The translations under genes and the position numbers were made by a program. Source: Paraspadella gotoi (taxonomy: Eukaryota > Animalia > Chaetognatha). From it: a stretch of 64,000 bases of DNA. Under the pieces are notes generated by a model. The model was not told the DNA's origin, searched no databases, and saw only the letters and a program-made list of their open reading frames with translations. The stretch is taken from positions 2,435,631-2,499,630 of the forward strand of contig CM119264.1 in the NCBI GenBank assembly GCA_051294375.1. The letters run 5' to 3'. Shown in pieces: positions 33,515 through 45,700 of this stretch (position 1 is the stretch's first letter; every line of letters begins with the position of its first letter).

Positions 33515-33741
33515 AAACTTTTTCATCTTCGACCACATGTCTTTTTCCCGGTGACGAATGACGACTTCAGCAACACGAAGATCGTTTAGACTTTCTTCAG
33601 TTCGACCCAAGTCTCTCAATCGACACCATCTTCGATTTGGAAAAAAAATAAAAATAAAATGAACAAATAAAACAAAGTCCCGATTAACATTTACAGATCA
33701 GGCGAACCCGAACGACGACCGAATTGATCCAAAACCCAAAC

Positions 33742-35316
33742 ATGAAGATCGAAACGGACAAAATCTTCCGCAATCTCAAACAGCTCATCCTCGGCGACGC
33801 CTTTTTCTTTTCCCTCACTCGACCCAGCGAGAAACAGATGCGCGCCCTCTTCGCCAGCGAGCGGCGTTGTCAAGGAATCCTTTACTGCGGCTTGACTCGT
33901 TCCGCCTGCTTTTTTCTCGCTTTTTTCTTCGCCGTTTCGGTCTTCGTTTTCCTAGGCTTTTTGCCCCGCAACGTCAGGCCGCTGATTCCGCCGCGCCCGG
34001 TGCCGCCGCCGCGAAATCTGACGGAAGAGCGGCGCCGTGCGAGGGCGAGGATCAAGACGTCAGACATCAACCCGACGATCGAGGGTCGATCCTTGGAAAA
34101 GAAACTGACAAATCCCTGTTGGTTCGAAGATGACGCCAGGTGGAGTCCGTACGAGGACAACCCATATGGCGTCCTCTCCAACTCAGCCAAGAAGACTTTC
34201 GATCGACTTCAACGTTCTTGGCGCGATCGTTTGCGGCGGCGAAGGCGCGAGGGAAGTGGAGGATCTCTCAGTCTCCGGCGACTACGATGCATGCCCTACT
34301 TTTACATCATCGGCATGCCAAAATGCGGGACGACGGATTTCTACTTTAAATTGGCTTCACACCCGCAAATCGTCACCGGCGTCATGAAGGAGCCACACTG
34401 GTGGACAAGGAAACGGTTCGGCGTCCTCCATCCTCGCGGCGTCTTCGATCGGGTCGTCGCCGCGACCGACGTTCGCCCGGCGACCTTCGCCGATTATCTG
34501 GACATCTACGACCCGGCTGCCGAGAAAATCCTGCAGGCATCGACGACCTCTTCCAGCGACGAGGCTCGGAGGATCAAGATCGTTGGTGATGCCTCAGTTT
34601 CCCTCATGTGGGACAACGACGGTTGGCTCAATTATCGTCAATGGCGCCTTGAAGGATCCTCGCCGCCTTCGCCCCTCATCGGCAGTCACGTGGCACGCCT
34701 AAATCCCGACGCCAGACTTATCGTGATGCTGCGCGATCCCGTCAGGCGTCTCTTCTCCGACTACCTCTATTTCCGCAACGGGGAAAACAAATCCGCGGAG
34801 ATTTTCCACGAGCGCGTCGTCGCCGCGATCGAGATCTTCGATAATTGCGCCAAAAATTATTCCCTCGAGTCTTGCGTCTACGCGCCAGAGATTAACGCCG
34901 CCGGCGCCGGTCGCATTTCGACGCCGGTTCGTCTGCGTCTCGGCGTCTATCACGTTTTTCTACGCGAATGGCTTCGGCGATTTCCGCGGCGCCGAATTCT
35001 TATTATGCGACTGGAAGACTACGCACTCGATGTGCGCGCGGCCACGGAGACGGCACGCCGGTTTCTCGGCTTAGAGGCGGACTTTGACAACAGCGACAGG
35101 GCGCCGGAAGAGATCGTGAATCGACGCTACGTCAACATCGGCCCCATGAAGACGGAGACGGCGGACGCATTGCGTAAATTTTACGCGCCGCACGTCGAGG
35201 CGCTGGCAGAACTATTGGGGGACGAGCGGTTCTTGTGGAAAGACATTGAAGAGAGAGAGGCTAAGATTTCGGAGTTGAGAAATAAATCAAAGGAAATTCG
35301 GTGGAAGCATCCTTGA
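33742..35316 (+). CDS. CHST15: Intronless carbohydrate sulfotransferase, CHST15 (GalNAc4S-6ST)-like
   Basis: Type II TM segment; NPCW; LRCMPYFYIIGMPKCGTTD (5'-PSB); KEPHWWTRKRFG; LRDPVRRLFSDYLYF (3'-PB). Confidence 0.88.
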   Translation: MKIETDKIFRNLKQLILGDAFFFSLTRPSEKQMRALFASERRCQGILYCGLTRSACFFLAFFFAVSVFVFLGFLPRNVRPLIPPRPVPPPRNLTEERRRARARIKTSDINPTIEGRSLEKKLTNPCWFEDDARWSPYEDNPYGVLSNSAKKTFDRLQRSWRDRLRRRRREGSGGSLSLRRLRCMPYFYIIGMPKCGTTDFYFKLASHPQIVTGVMKEPHWWTRKRFGVLHPRGVFDRVVAATDVRPATFADYLDIYDPAAEKILQASTTSSSDEARRIKIVGDASVSLMWDNDGWLNYRQWRLEGSSPPSPLIGSHVARLNPDARLIVMLRDPVRRLFSDYLYFRNGENKSAEIFHERVVAAIEIFDNCAKNYSLESCVYAPEINAAGAGRISTPVRLRLGVYHVFLREWLRRFPRRRILIMRLEDYALDVRAATETARRFLGLEADFDNSDRAPEEIVNRRYVNIGPMKTETADALRKFYAPHVEALAELLGDERFLWKDIEEREAKISELRNKSKEIRWKHP

Positions 35317-35761
35317 AATTGCCAGTAGCGAACAATCTAATGTCGCATTGCATCAGTGCGAAACACTTTTCTTTATTTAAAGATCATTTTACATTATTTT
35401 TTTCTTATAACTCCTGTGTTTTGCGGAAAATGTGAAAATATATGAATTCATATGACCCCAACATTTTTGTTTTGCAAAAAAACATTAAGACTTAAGTAAA
35501 TAAATAAATGTGTACTACGTAAGTGGTAAGTACAGAATAGTAGGATCTGAAAATATTAAAAAACCTATCACAACAAGCGCAACTGGCAAGATTGATTCAG
35601 TCTAAACATATAGCTTATTAAATATTATTTATATATATATATGTGGTGTGTATTACATATTCATCCACAACATATGACGTACATACAAAAATCAGATTCA
35701 TGGCATTACAACTTGAATAATGAATATGAAATCTGAGATTCAATAGAAATGTCTCCACGCA

Positions 35762-38700
35762 TCAGTTTTGACTCGAATCGCTTCGACTCTGCCAACTCTG
35801 CCACAGAGGTTTGTTCGCCGTGTTTTTCCGCGTCAATTTGTCGGTCGGGCGAAGCGGGCCCCATCCCGGCGCCGGACGAAGTAGCGTCCGAACGCGATGG
35901 AGGAACGGGCCGCGTTGACGGGCGAGTTGGACGAAGCCCACCACGGGGATGCAGGCCACCGACGTGAAGGAAAAGACGAACCCGAGTCGATCGATCAAAC
36001 CCGGGAAGGAGTAGTCGCGGTAGCTCGAGCCTTCGCGGGGAGGGGGTTGAATCGTTTCGTGAAAATAAGGATGGGTAGTTCAGGGTAGGGGAAAATAGAG
36101 ATGGGGGGGAATGGGGAATTCAGATATGAGGATGTGGGGAATGGAGATTTAAAAACGGGTAACTTAAAGAATGCTGATTGCTGATTTGAGGAATAAGGAA
36201 TGTGGTCTTCCTATAATGAAGGATTTGCGAAAGATTCAGGAAAATTTTATTAGAGGATTTGAGAAATAAAGAGTTGGCGAATTGTGTTTTGGAAGCGTAG
36301 ATTTGGAAAAGAAGTTAAGGATGGTCAGTAAAAATAAGGATACGATAACTAAAAGGATAAAGATAGACAAAGGTTTTTTGTTCTCAAGAAAAATATTGCT
36401 ATAGGGGAAAAGTCAAAGGAGGGATAAATAAAAAAAAAATAAATCGATAATTACATAGAAATAAAATGTCGATGTAATAATGAAAGAGCGAAAGAAAAAT
36501 AGGATGATTAGAAAAATAGGGAGAAAAAAAACGGGAAAAGAGAAAACGGAAAATGGCAATGGCGAGACCACGTGTGGGGGAAACGATCGAAGATTAAGTT
36601 ACGGCGTTTCGCTAGACACATTAACGAGAGCCTCTGTACTTAAGGTCTTGTAGTTGTACATTGTAAAAAAAAAGTAGCCGATATTTATGTTTCGTGACTC
36701 GTTACAAAACATCACAAAAATCGAAGAAAGAAAACTTTTGTTCGTTTTTTTCCCCCTCTGGCTCTTTTATGAATCTTTCTCCGATTCTTTCCTACTCTCC
36801 CTCCTTCGCCTCGATCGAAAAGTTCTCTCTTTCTCTTCCCCCCCCCCCATATGAGCTTCGCTCTTGCACTATTTCACTCTCTCGCTCTTTTTCCCGTCCT
36901 TCACCGAATCAAATTTGCTATCAGAGCGGAAGCCCATTTCACTTTTCAACCTCCAACCTTTCTCTCTCTTCCCACTATCCATATCAGACTTTCTCTTTTT
37001 CTCGTCCTTCTTTTCGTAATCAATCTAAATCAATCGCTCAGTTTTCACCCGGTCCCCGCGTCCCTCTCACAAATTTTGATGAATCGAGGTCCAATATGAC
37101 CAAAAATATTCCGTATGTAAATCAAAATGAATTTACTTTGACTAACGAATTCACTATTTGAAAAAATAAGTTGATTTAAACTTTGGGATTATCTCGATAG
37201 ATCATTCTTCCCTATCAAAAACGAAATTCCATCCGACGAGATATTCCCCCCCCCCGCTCTCTCCATATCTCCCTTTTCCACCCCCCCCCTCACCTTTGTG
37301 CTCTACGAAACTGAGAATGATGATGACGACGAGAATGAGCGGAGTGATGACGGCCCAAAAGGCGACCCAGACCGGCCAGGGACGGTAGCCGATCATGGAC
37401 TCGATGTCCGTCAAGAAGCGACGAGCGCCGTAAACGTAGCAGACGACGATACACTCGACGACGCAGATGATGAGGACGGACCAGGTGGCCACGTAGTTGT
37501 CCAGGAGCTGGGAAAGAAGGTGGCGGCGAGTGAGGGGGGCGAGGGAAAGATTTATTGGCGATGGTGAAGTAAATTGGTCGAAAAAAATTAAAAGCGATTA
37601 GACAGGAGACACGAGTCGGAATTTTTCCCCTGTAAAATTTTTAAACGACGTTTTCAAAGCGAAGATTCTTTTGAAATCACTAGAAACGGAGCAATGTCTC
37701 TTCTACTACCACACGACGATCAAATACCAATAACGTGAACGATGACCGACCTGCAGAATGTACATGCCGGCTCCGAGGCAGAGCGGCAGGCCGAGAAGAA
37801 AGCCTCCGACGCAGAGGGCGATGGTGACGAAGAGACGATAGCGATAGAGAAACTGACTCGAATCAGTCACCGTCGTCACGACGGTCGTCACCGTCGCGAT
37901 CTGAGTCCCGATGCCCAAAGCCAGGATCATCATGAAGAAAAGAAAGGACCTAAGGGCGAAGATATTGACCTCGAATTACAATCTATGGGTCTCGTCGGAC
38001 TCGAGTTTATCTTTATTTTAAAAACAAACTTGACTAGGGTAAGTTACTTACGGGAAACTCATAACTAACGTCTACTGAGCTATCCTTTTATTCGGACAAG
38101 AATTAAGATCACGAACAACGCAATTTCCTAAAAATATTTTCGAAGTTGTACATCAATATTTCAAATCGTTTTTTCCGATTTTTTTTTCTCTCTCTGTGTG
38201 AAAAAAGATTCTCCGTGAAAAGATTGGTGCAGATAACGATCGATTGCGCTCGCAAACAATGAGTTTAATCGCGATGTTTAAAATTAATATAATCATAAAG
38301 CTGATCGAAGAACCAATTTAAAACAGATTATGAAATGTAATGAGAGTAAAGGACTGTGGAGGGGCTTTTTGTTGTTGGCCAAGACTGTCAGAAAAGTCGT
38401 TTTGAAAAGTTTTTAGATTTTTTTTCTTTTTATAAACATTTCTTATTAGTAGTTAATTAATATTTTTTATTTTATATTTTGTGTAAAGGACTCTCTTTTC
38501 GTTGCGTTAAAATTAGGAGTAAACAAAAAACACGTTTGTTTTGGTTGTAACAACGGCAAAGTTTATTAGAAATAAACGGACATGTTTCGACTAAGTTGAT
38601 AGTCTTTTTTTTCTCCAAAAATTTTGTTCACGCCAAAATCTGTTTTGCGCTGATGAAGACTGTCAACTTAGTCGAAACATGTCCGTTTATTTCTAATAAA

Positions 38701-40855
38701 CTTTGCCGTTGTTACAACGAAAACAAACTTTATTTTTACTCTTTATTTTATATTTGGTCTTTTCCCCGAATACCAAAGTTTGACAAACTAATAGATCTAC
38801 TCGGATATCAGAACCCAACAGAAAAAACCACATTTCCTCAATTATCCCCTCATCCCCCTGGACCACCTGAGATACTTTCCCCCCCCCCTTCCTTGCTCTA
38901 CCACAACGGCGAAACGGGCATCGTGGTGACGGCTTCGGGATAAACGATGAAAGCGAGCCCAGCCCCTTGTGACGCCACTTCGTCCACCTCCACGCCCATC
39001 GCCTCCGCCATGACGCCCAAGACGGCGAAGATGACGAAACCGCAGAAGATGGCGGTGAAGGTGGTGATGCAGACGACCATGATGGAGTCGCGGACGACGT
39101 TGGTATTGTAGGCCTTGTAAGAGGCCAGAGTCAAGATGCCGCCCCAGCCGAGCGACAGGGAAAAGGCCACCTGGCAAAGTAGGCGTGGACTCGGCGCTCA
39201 TTTTTTCTTTCCAAGTTTTTTTTTGGGTTTTTTTTTAATTCATTGCTGGAATACCTGGACGGCCGCATCACCCCAAACGCTGGGATTTCCCAACATCGTC
39301 CAATTGGGAGTGATGAAGTAGTTAATGCCTGTCGGAGACAAAAATTTAACACTCGCACATAAAAAAAAAACAAATGAACATCAATAACTTTAAAAAAAAA
39401 AAGGGTAAATTGAAACTTAAGAACCACTATTGCTTACCCTTCATATGACCAGGAATGGTCAGGGCTCTGACAAGAAGAATGGTGAGTACGAGATAAGGAA
39501 ACAATGCCGTGAAGTAAGCCACCTGTGAAGTTTTGTGAAGGAGATTACACAATAGAAAACTAGAAAAATCATCAGAATAATCAAACATCATCGACCTTTC
39601 CCGACGATTTGGGCCCCCGAATGAGAACGAGGCAGGTGAGGACCCAAGCGACGAGCAGCGCCACCACCAGACGCCAGTTAATCGTCCCGAGGTCGTGAAA
39701 GCCGTCAGTGATGCTGACCACGTGATTGTGGAAGTACTCGTCGGCTGGGGAAATCTTGGCCGCGATGGCCGACGGGATCAGCGTCAGGTTGCACGCGTCG
39801 GGCGTCGAGTTGGAGAACGCGTCTGAAGTTATCTGGCGCCAAATTGGAAGGGATTCTTGCTTTAGGTTAAACATTAAAATACCTTATTGGCAAACGACTA
39901 TAAAACCAGTCAAAAACCCAGACCATGGAAAAGGTAATATTAAATATTATGAATGGAGGCCTTAGGCTTAGCACACCCTAGCTTATCCAAAGTCAGGAGG
40001 AAAGATATGAAGCTTATTTATTTAATGAATGTATATTATGTATAATTTTTATACTATTGGTTGTCAAAAATTATATTTAAAATAATCAGTTAAAAAAAAC
40101 CTCAGCGACAGCCACACATACTCAATATTTCCATTAAACACCGTAGAGTATCCATAAGTTTAACCAGATAATTCTGTGTCACCTGACAGTCTTCCGAGTT
40201 CCAGTGATTGCAGCAATGACTCCAGGGAAGAACGGAAGTGAAGGAACTGTAAAGAAAAACGAGCGCCCATCCGATGACCATGTTGTAATAAGGAGCTAGA
40301 AGGACGGAGACGATCATCATCCCGAAACCTACTCCTTTGAACAGAGGACACAGACGCCAAACCTGTCCAAGTATAGAGTAAGTTATTAGGGACACAAAAT
40401 CCATCTTTCTTCTTCAGCCCTTTTTCTTCGATTCCGAGTTTCCTCACCTTGATAAGACCCGAGGAGGAAAACTGACCCAGCGACATCTCTATGAGAAAGA
40501 GCGGAATCCCCGCCACCAGATTCATGGTGATGTAAGGAATGAGAAAGGCGCCGCCGCCGTTGCGATACACGAGGTAAGGAAAGCGCCAGAGGCTCCCCAG
40601 GCCCACGGCGAAGGAGAGGCAGGCCATGAGGAAATCGAGCTTACCATCCCACTGGTCGCGCTGCGGGACCTGGACCCCGGCCGAGGCGGGAGGCGGGAGG
40701 CGTGAGGAGAGGGGGGGGCGAGGGAAGAAAAAACTCACAGGATTTTTTAGATTTAGAATTTATAGTTCAAGTGAAACGCGAAGAGGGGAACTCACATTCT
40801 CGTCCAACTCCGTCTCTTCGTCGGGTTCTCGTTTCGTCTCCTTGGATTCCATCAT
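35762..40855 (-). CDS. SLC6 sodium:neurotransmitter symporter family, amino-acid branch (GlyT/PROT/NAT-like), about 10 exons
   Basis: [81 protein letters not shown], and a final exon ending ...PGWGP...SQN*. Confidence 0.92.
38517..38741 (+). mobile_element. Fold-back insert with a minimal hammerhead ribozyme (Penelope-like relic) in an SLC6 intron
   Basis: Inverted arms 38534-38606 and 38656-38728; AATAAA follows the ribozyme. Confidence 0.75.
38647..38686 (+). ncRNA. Minimal type I hammerhead ribozyme
   Basis: GCG-CTGATGA-A-GACT(gtcaactt)AGTC-GAA-ACATGT-C-CGT; GUC cleavage triplet ending at 38683; palindromic stem III. Confidence 0.8.
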
Positions 40856-42848
40856 CGATTTCCCGCGTTTATTTTTAATTGAAAAAAAAAGAAAAGGAGA
40901 CGAAAGCGGAAAACGTTTTTCTCATTCTTTTCCACCAACGATTCGGCGAAACTGCGCGTCTCTCTCTCACTTTTCTCCCCGAAATTCTTTTCCACCCAAG
41001 ATTTTTTTCAGAGGAGAGCGACGAAAAGTTTTGATGCGAGTTCGCACGATTATGTTGTGAGATTACAAAGCTCAGTATTGATATCACGAAGAGGGATCGC
41101 GCGGGACGACGACGACGACGACGACCGCGAAGATAACCCATTCAAAAAAATTATTTCGAGCACACGAGAGCCTATGGGGCCCTTTACTGGCTGAGGATTT
41201 TTTTTGCCCCCCTTTTTTTTTAAATTTGGAAACCGGGAGATGAAATTAGTGCAGGAAAGATGCGATCTGCGTAAAAATAGTTTAAAAAAATATAACTGGC
41301 AATCTAACTGGGAGCAATTAAACAATGTAGAATATATATTTAACACGAATTCGTTTTGCAGATATTATATTTGTTATCTTGTGTTTCAAAAGAATGATCT
41401 ATATCTTGTGGAAAAAAAATGATTAAATACGAAAGCCGACAGAGCATGGCACAAAAAACTAACTATCACTAGCAAATATTAACTATGAGTTAAATAATAA
41501 ATTTCGTTACCAATGATAAAACTTAATCATTAATCAATAACATTTTTTTGGTAAAAAAAGTAGCCAGATTCGCAGGAGCAAACAATTAGGATAAAATTTT
41601 GTTTCAGTTTCTTAAATTTAGTTACAAAAAAAAAACGAGTGAATGCAACAATGAGATCAAGTTAAAAAATGTTTAAGTAAACTGTAAAATGAATATTACA
41701 TATTTATAATATAAAATATATAATATATACATAATACTATTTGCATTTAAAAACAATAAAGAAAGAAGTAAATTGTTCACTAAATATTCAAATTATTAAT
41801 ATTTTCACTGAAAAACAGGAACGAAATTAGTAAAATTGAAAATAGCGCACTTAAGTTTGAAAAGTAGTTGTATTCGTTTAGTAGAGGACGGTTTGTTGGG
41901 GCAAAGCCAAATTAAAATGAGAGCTTTTTTTAAAATGTATTCATCATGATGTAAGAGGTCAAATTGTTTAATATATCCCGAATATTTCATTTCAAGGTTT
42001 TCAAATGTTTTACTTATGAGTTACAGAAGTAGATAAAATAAATTATTACGATAATGAGGAATAAGCAAGCGTTTTTATTCACGAAAACGGAATTGTTAGA
42101 ATTGTATGATTTCTGATTTCATTGAAATCCTTTTCAGTTAGGTTTTAATAATTTATTTATCAGTGACCAGGGCAAACTTATTAAAACAGATTAATATTCG
42201 TTCTGTGATTGTAATAAGGTCATATGTGAGTTTGCTTGTTGGAAAGTTGGATTTCCTCAAGTATTGGTAAAATTTTATGTATGTGTAATTAAAAAGAGCA
42301 ATACAACCAAAGGACTGAATTTCGTGAGATTCAAACGTGGGTGTGTATTGTGCGTATTGGTTCAGCTAAGTAAACGAGTGAGAGAATATAGTAGCATTAA
42401 AAAACTTTTTCTTTCCGATAAGGTTAAATAAAATAACAGCTACAACTTCCTGTAAACATACTATTATAAATTGAAGTCAGGTGCTAAGTTTTTATTAAGA
42501 GTACTGTTATGGCGATAATACGACCCGATGAGTTACGTTTCTTGCTCTTTTTGTTTGTTTTTTTACTTGTAAATTCTCGACTGCTCGGGGTGAAAAAGAG
42601 CTCAAATTTCCAGCCATAGTTTTTCAGTATAAGAAAGAAATCGATGCAAATACGAAACTCATGGTGAGGAAAAATCCACCGCTCAATAATTGGGCGGCGT
42701 CGCGCTCAGAGCCATCTGCGTCGCTCAACGCGAGGCCACCTTCCCTATCGGCGCGATGTTGACGCAGCAAGAAGAGATTCGGGTCAGTGACGGAAAGAGC
42801 CGAAGCTAAGTATCGGCCGAGAGACGTTTTTTTCACCCCGTCTCCTAG

Positions 42849-44906
42849 TCAGCAAGAGCAACTGCAACTCTTAAGAACCGGATAAGCGACGGGAATCCAA
42901 ACGCAAGACCTTTGCGCGACCACCTGACGTCGCGGACGACGGGAGTGAACTCGATATTCGCTTCCTGTTTTTCCAACTCCGTCGACTTCGATCTCGTCTA
43001 CGATGTTTTTCCGGCCAATTTTTTCCGGGGTAAGCGACTTTCGGCGTTGACTCGCCGAAGCAGGCGATGTCTTTTTTCCGGATGAGAACTTCTCTTCATT
43101 AATTTCGGATCGAAATAAATCCGTCAATTTCCTTTCATCCGGAAACATTTCTGCTTCCCCGTCATCCGTAACAGCGGCAATAACAGCATAACCTTTTTCA
43201 TCCTCGTTGATGACGTCATCTGACGTCTTTTTCTCGCCGATCTCTCCATCGCTCAGTATCTTTTTATCGGATCCTTCGTCAGTGGGTAAAATAACTTGGC
43301 CATTCTTTCCCGTGGTTACAGAAACCGTTTCTAGGGTATTTCTATTGGTGACGCCGTCCAAAGTGAAAAGATCATCTTTTCCAGCGACGAATACTGCGTC
43401 TTCTTCAACCTCCGATGGAGGCGATTCTTTTAAATATCGAATAGAGGCGGATCGATCCTCGTTGCTGTCGTGGAACTTCTCGCCGACGTCGCGGGAACCA
43501 ATGACGCGAAGAATGCTGGAGTGATGGAGGACAAATCTTTGAAATTTTTTTTTTTTACGTCTTGTGAACCGAAAAACTGAGCGCGAAATATTTACCCCAG
43601 TTACTAAAGCCACTTTTCGTCAATTAACTCATGAAAGGTATACGTAACACAATGTGAACACCGAATAGACTCACACATGATCCAATTAAGTTTGGACTCA
43701 CTTAGGATTGGCTTCGCAATAATAGCGTAGAAGAGTGACTTCGTGCTTTTCGTCTGCTTGGCAACGCATTCCAGGCGGAAAGGAGCACGAACGCTCTGTA
43801 ACGGGGGGGGGGAGAAATCATCCTGCAGCAAGCTCTATCCGCCCAAACGGAAAGATAGCCACTGTAGCCTACCTTTCTGTATAGGAAGCGGGGCGCATCT
43901 CCCCTCTCTAACGTATCTCGGCCAAAATCGCGGTCCCAAATCTTTCCAGGTGTAAGCGACGGGACAATGACTCATGTTCCACAGAAAATTCTGGACTTTT
44001 TTCTTGAGGTTTTTTCCGTATTTCGCTAGAGAATTTTTGTCCTGTGACTCGCGCAGATACTCGTTGACTGGAAGAGAGAGAGAAACAAAGGCAAAGAGAG
44101 AATAAATTTTCGACCCCGTTTCATTTTGTGCGAGGAAACTGAACAAAATAAATTCGAGCGATAACCTACCTTGTTGGCGAAAATAAAAGGGAAGTCTTTT
44201 AATATCGATCGGTTCTTGTTTGAGCAACTTGTTCTCCTTCCAAGTCGCGAATTTGTTGACCAAGTCTGCGGGATAAATCGTCGACTTTCCAAGTCCCCTC
44301 GAGAGAATCAATGATGAAATTCTGAGCCCCCAAGTCTATTCTGCCCCACCTTTCTCCCTCGGAGCGTTGATGGCCACGAAGCGCGCGTCGTAGTTGCGCC
44401 TTCCGAGGCGTCGGAGCATCGCGGTCGAGTCGCGCAACTCCTCCATCGGCGGGTCGAGGCGCGGATCGAGCGGCTCGTGGAGACTGAGGACAGGAAGATC
44501 GTCGGAGGGAGACGGACGAAGAGAAACGCGACTGGAAATTAGTCAAGGAATAGTAAAAAAAATTGGGTCAATTAGTCAAAACTTTAAAACAATTCATAAC
44601 TAATTAATACCAGTTTTTTACAATTTTTTTTACAGATAGTCAAGTACCTATGGCGAGATAACTGCGATTTGTCTTCCGACACGAGATGATCAAAATCCTT
44701 GACCTTGGCTAATGTGTCCGACGAATTTTTCGTGTCATCTTTTTCGAAAATAGTCAAATTAAAAAAAAAAAAATTCGGGTACATCATATATAAAATTGTA
44801 GTGACGATGCAAGTGGCTATAATTAATTACCTTCAAGTTGTCTCAAAATGGGTCCGCCGAAAACGATGAACGGAAAGACGGTTAATATGGCGACGGAACA
44901 ACGCAT
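42849..44906 (-). CDS. Noggin-like secreted cystine-knot protein, about 7 exons, with a large insertion between Cys5 and Cys6
   Basis: Signal peptide; clip RPSPSDDLPVLSLHEPLDP; FLWNMSHCPVAYTWKDLGPRFWPRYVREGRC; RSCSFPPGMRC...LLRYYC; terminal CVWIPVAYPVLKSCSCSC*. Confidence 0.9.
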
Positions 44907-45225
44907 GGTAACCAATGTCCAAACAATGACCAGAGAGCGAATAAAGAAAAACTGACGAAAACCCGGGAAAAGTTCCCAGTGACTGTATGAGCGATTTGAC
45001 GTAAAAGACATTCTCTGGAAACTTTCTCCGATTTATACTTGATCAGAGAAAGGAGGCGCGGCATCACTACTGTTGGGCAAGTTATGAAGCTTGCTTGCTA
45101 AAATGAATTACAAAATTAAAAACAGTTTTGAATTATTTTGATAGTCGAGTATTGGTAAATAGTTAACAACTTTACTCAAGTGAGTAATACTCATCAAATA
45201 ATTTTACAGTCGCGTTTATAAACTA

Positions 45226-45352
45226 CCGTGTGTCCCAATGGTACTGTCAGTTATCTTTTACATAGCATGTGGATTAAAATAAATATAAATTATTAGATCT
45301 GGCTTAAGAGCAGAAAGTTTTTATTAACAAACAGTACCTTTGGGACACACTG
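45226..45352. mobile_element. Small Tc1/mariner-type MITE, about 127 bp
   Basis: 22-bp TIRs C(C/A)GTGTGTCCCAA(T/A)GGTACTGT; TA on the left side. Confidence 0.7.
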
Positions 45353-45544
45353 AATTTATAACTAAAAAGCTTTAGTAGTTAGTTAAATAAGAACCCTTAA
45401 GTGTTTCCCTACAGCTGAAGTAACCTTCCAACAATTCTACCAATAATTCTGTAATAATCGGTTAATATCCCCAGTAATTACATAAAAAATCAAATAACTA
45501 AATATTCAAGACATTGTTCTCTCTGTAGTTCTCAACCGTAGTTC

Positions 45545-45700
45545 CGCGACGGCGCCAGAAAGACTGGCGCCTGTTGAGGCGTCAACGGCGCCACGCGGTC
45601 TAATTATGCATCTTCCGAGACGCTCGGCCAAAGGCCGCCTTCGCTCTCCGCGCGCGGCCGCCCCGCGGCGACCGAACTGGCGCCAAGACGTCGCGTCTGC
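45545..45700. promoter_or_regulatory. Candidate BMP/Smad-responsive enhancer upstream of the noggin-like gene
   Basis: GGCGCC-N5-GTCT at 45587-45601, plus GGCGCCA-N4-GACT (45551) and GGCGCCA-N4-GTCG (45679). Confidence 0.5.

Noticed and set aside
33457-33562. 48-bp direct repeat
   Set aside because: It flanks an N gap, so it is most likely an unmerged contig overlap or haplotype artefact.
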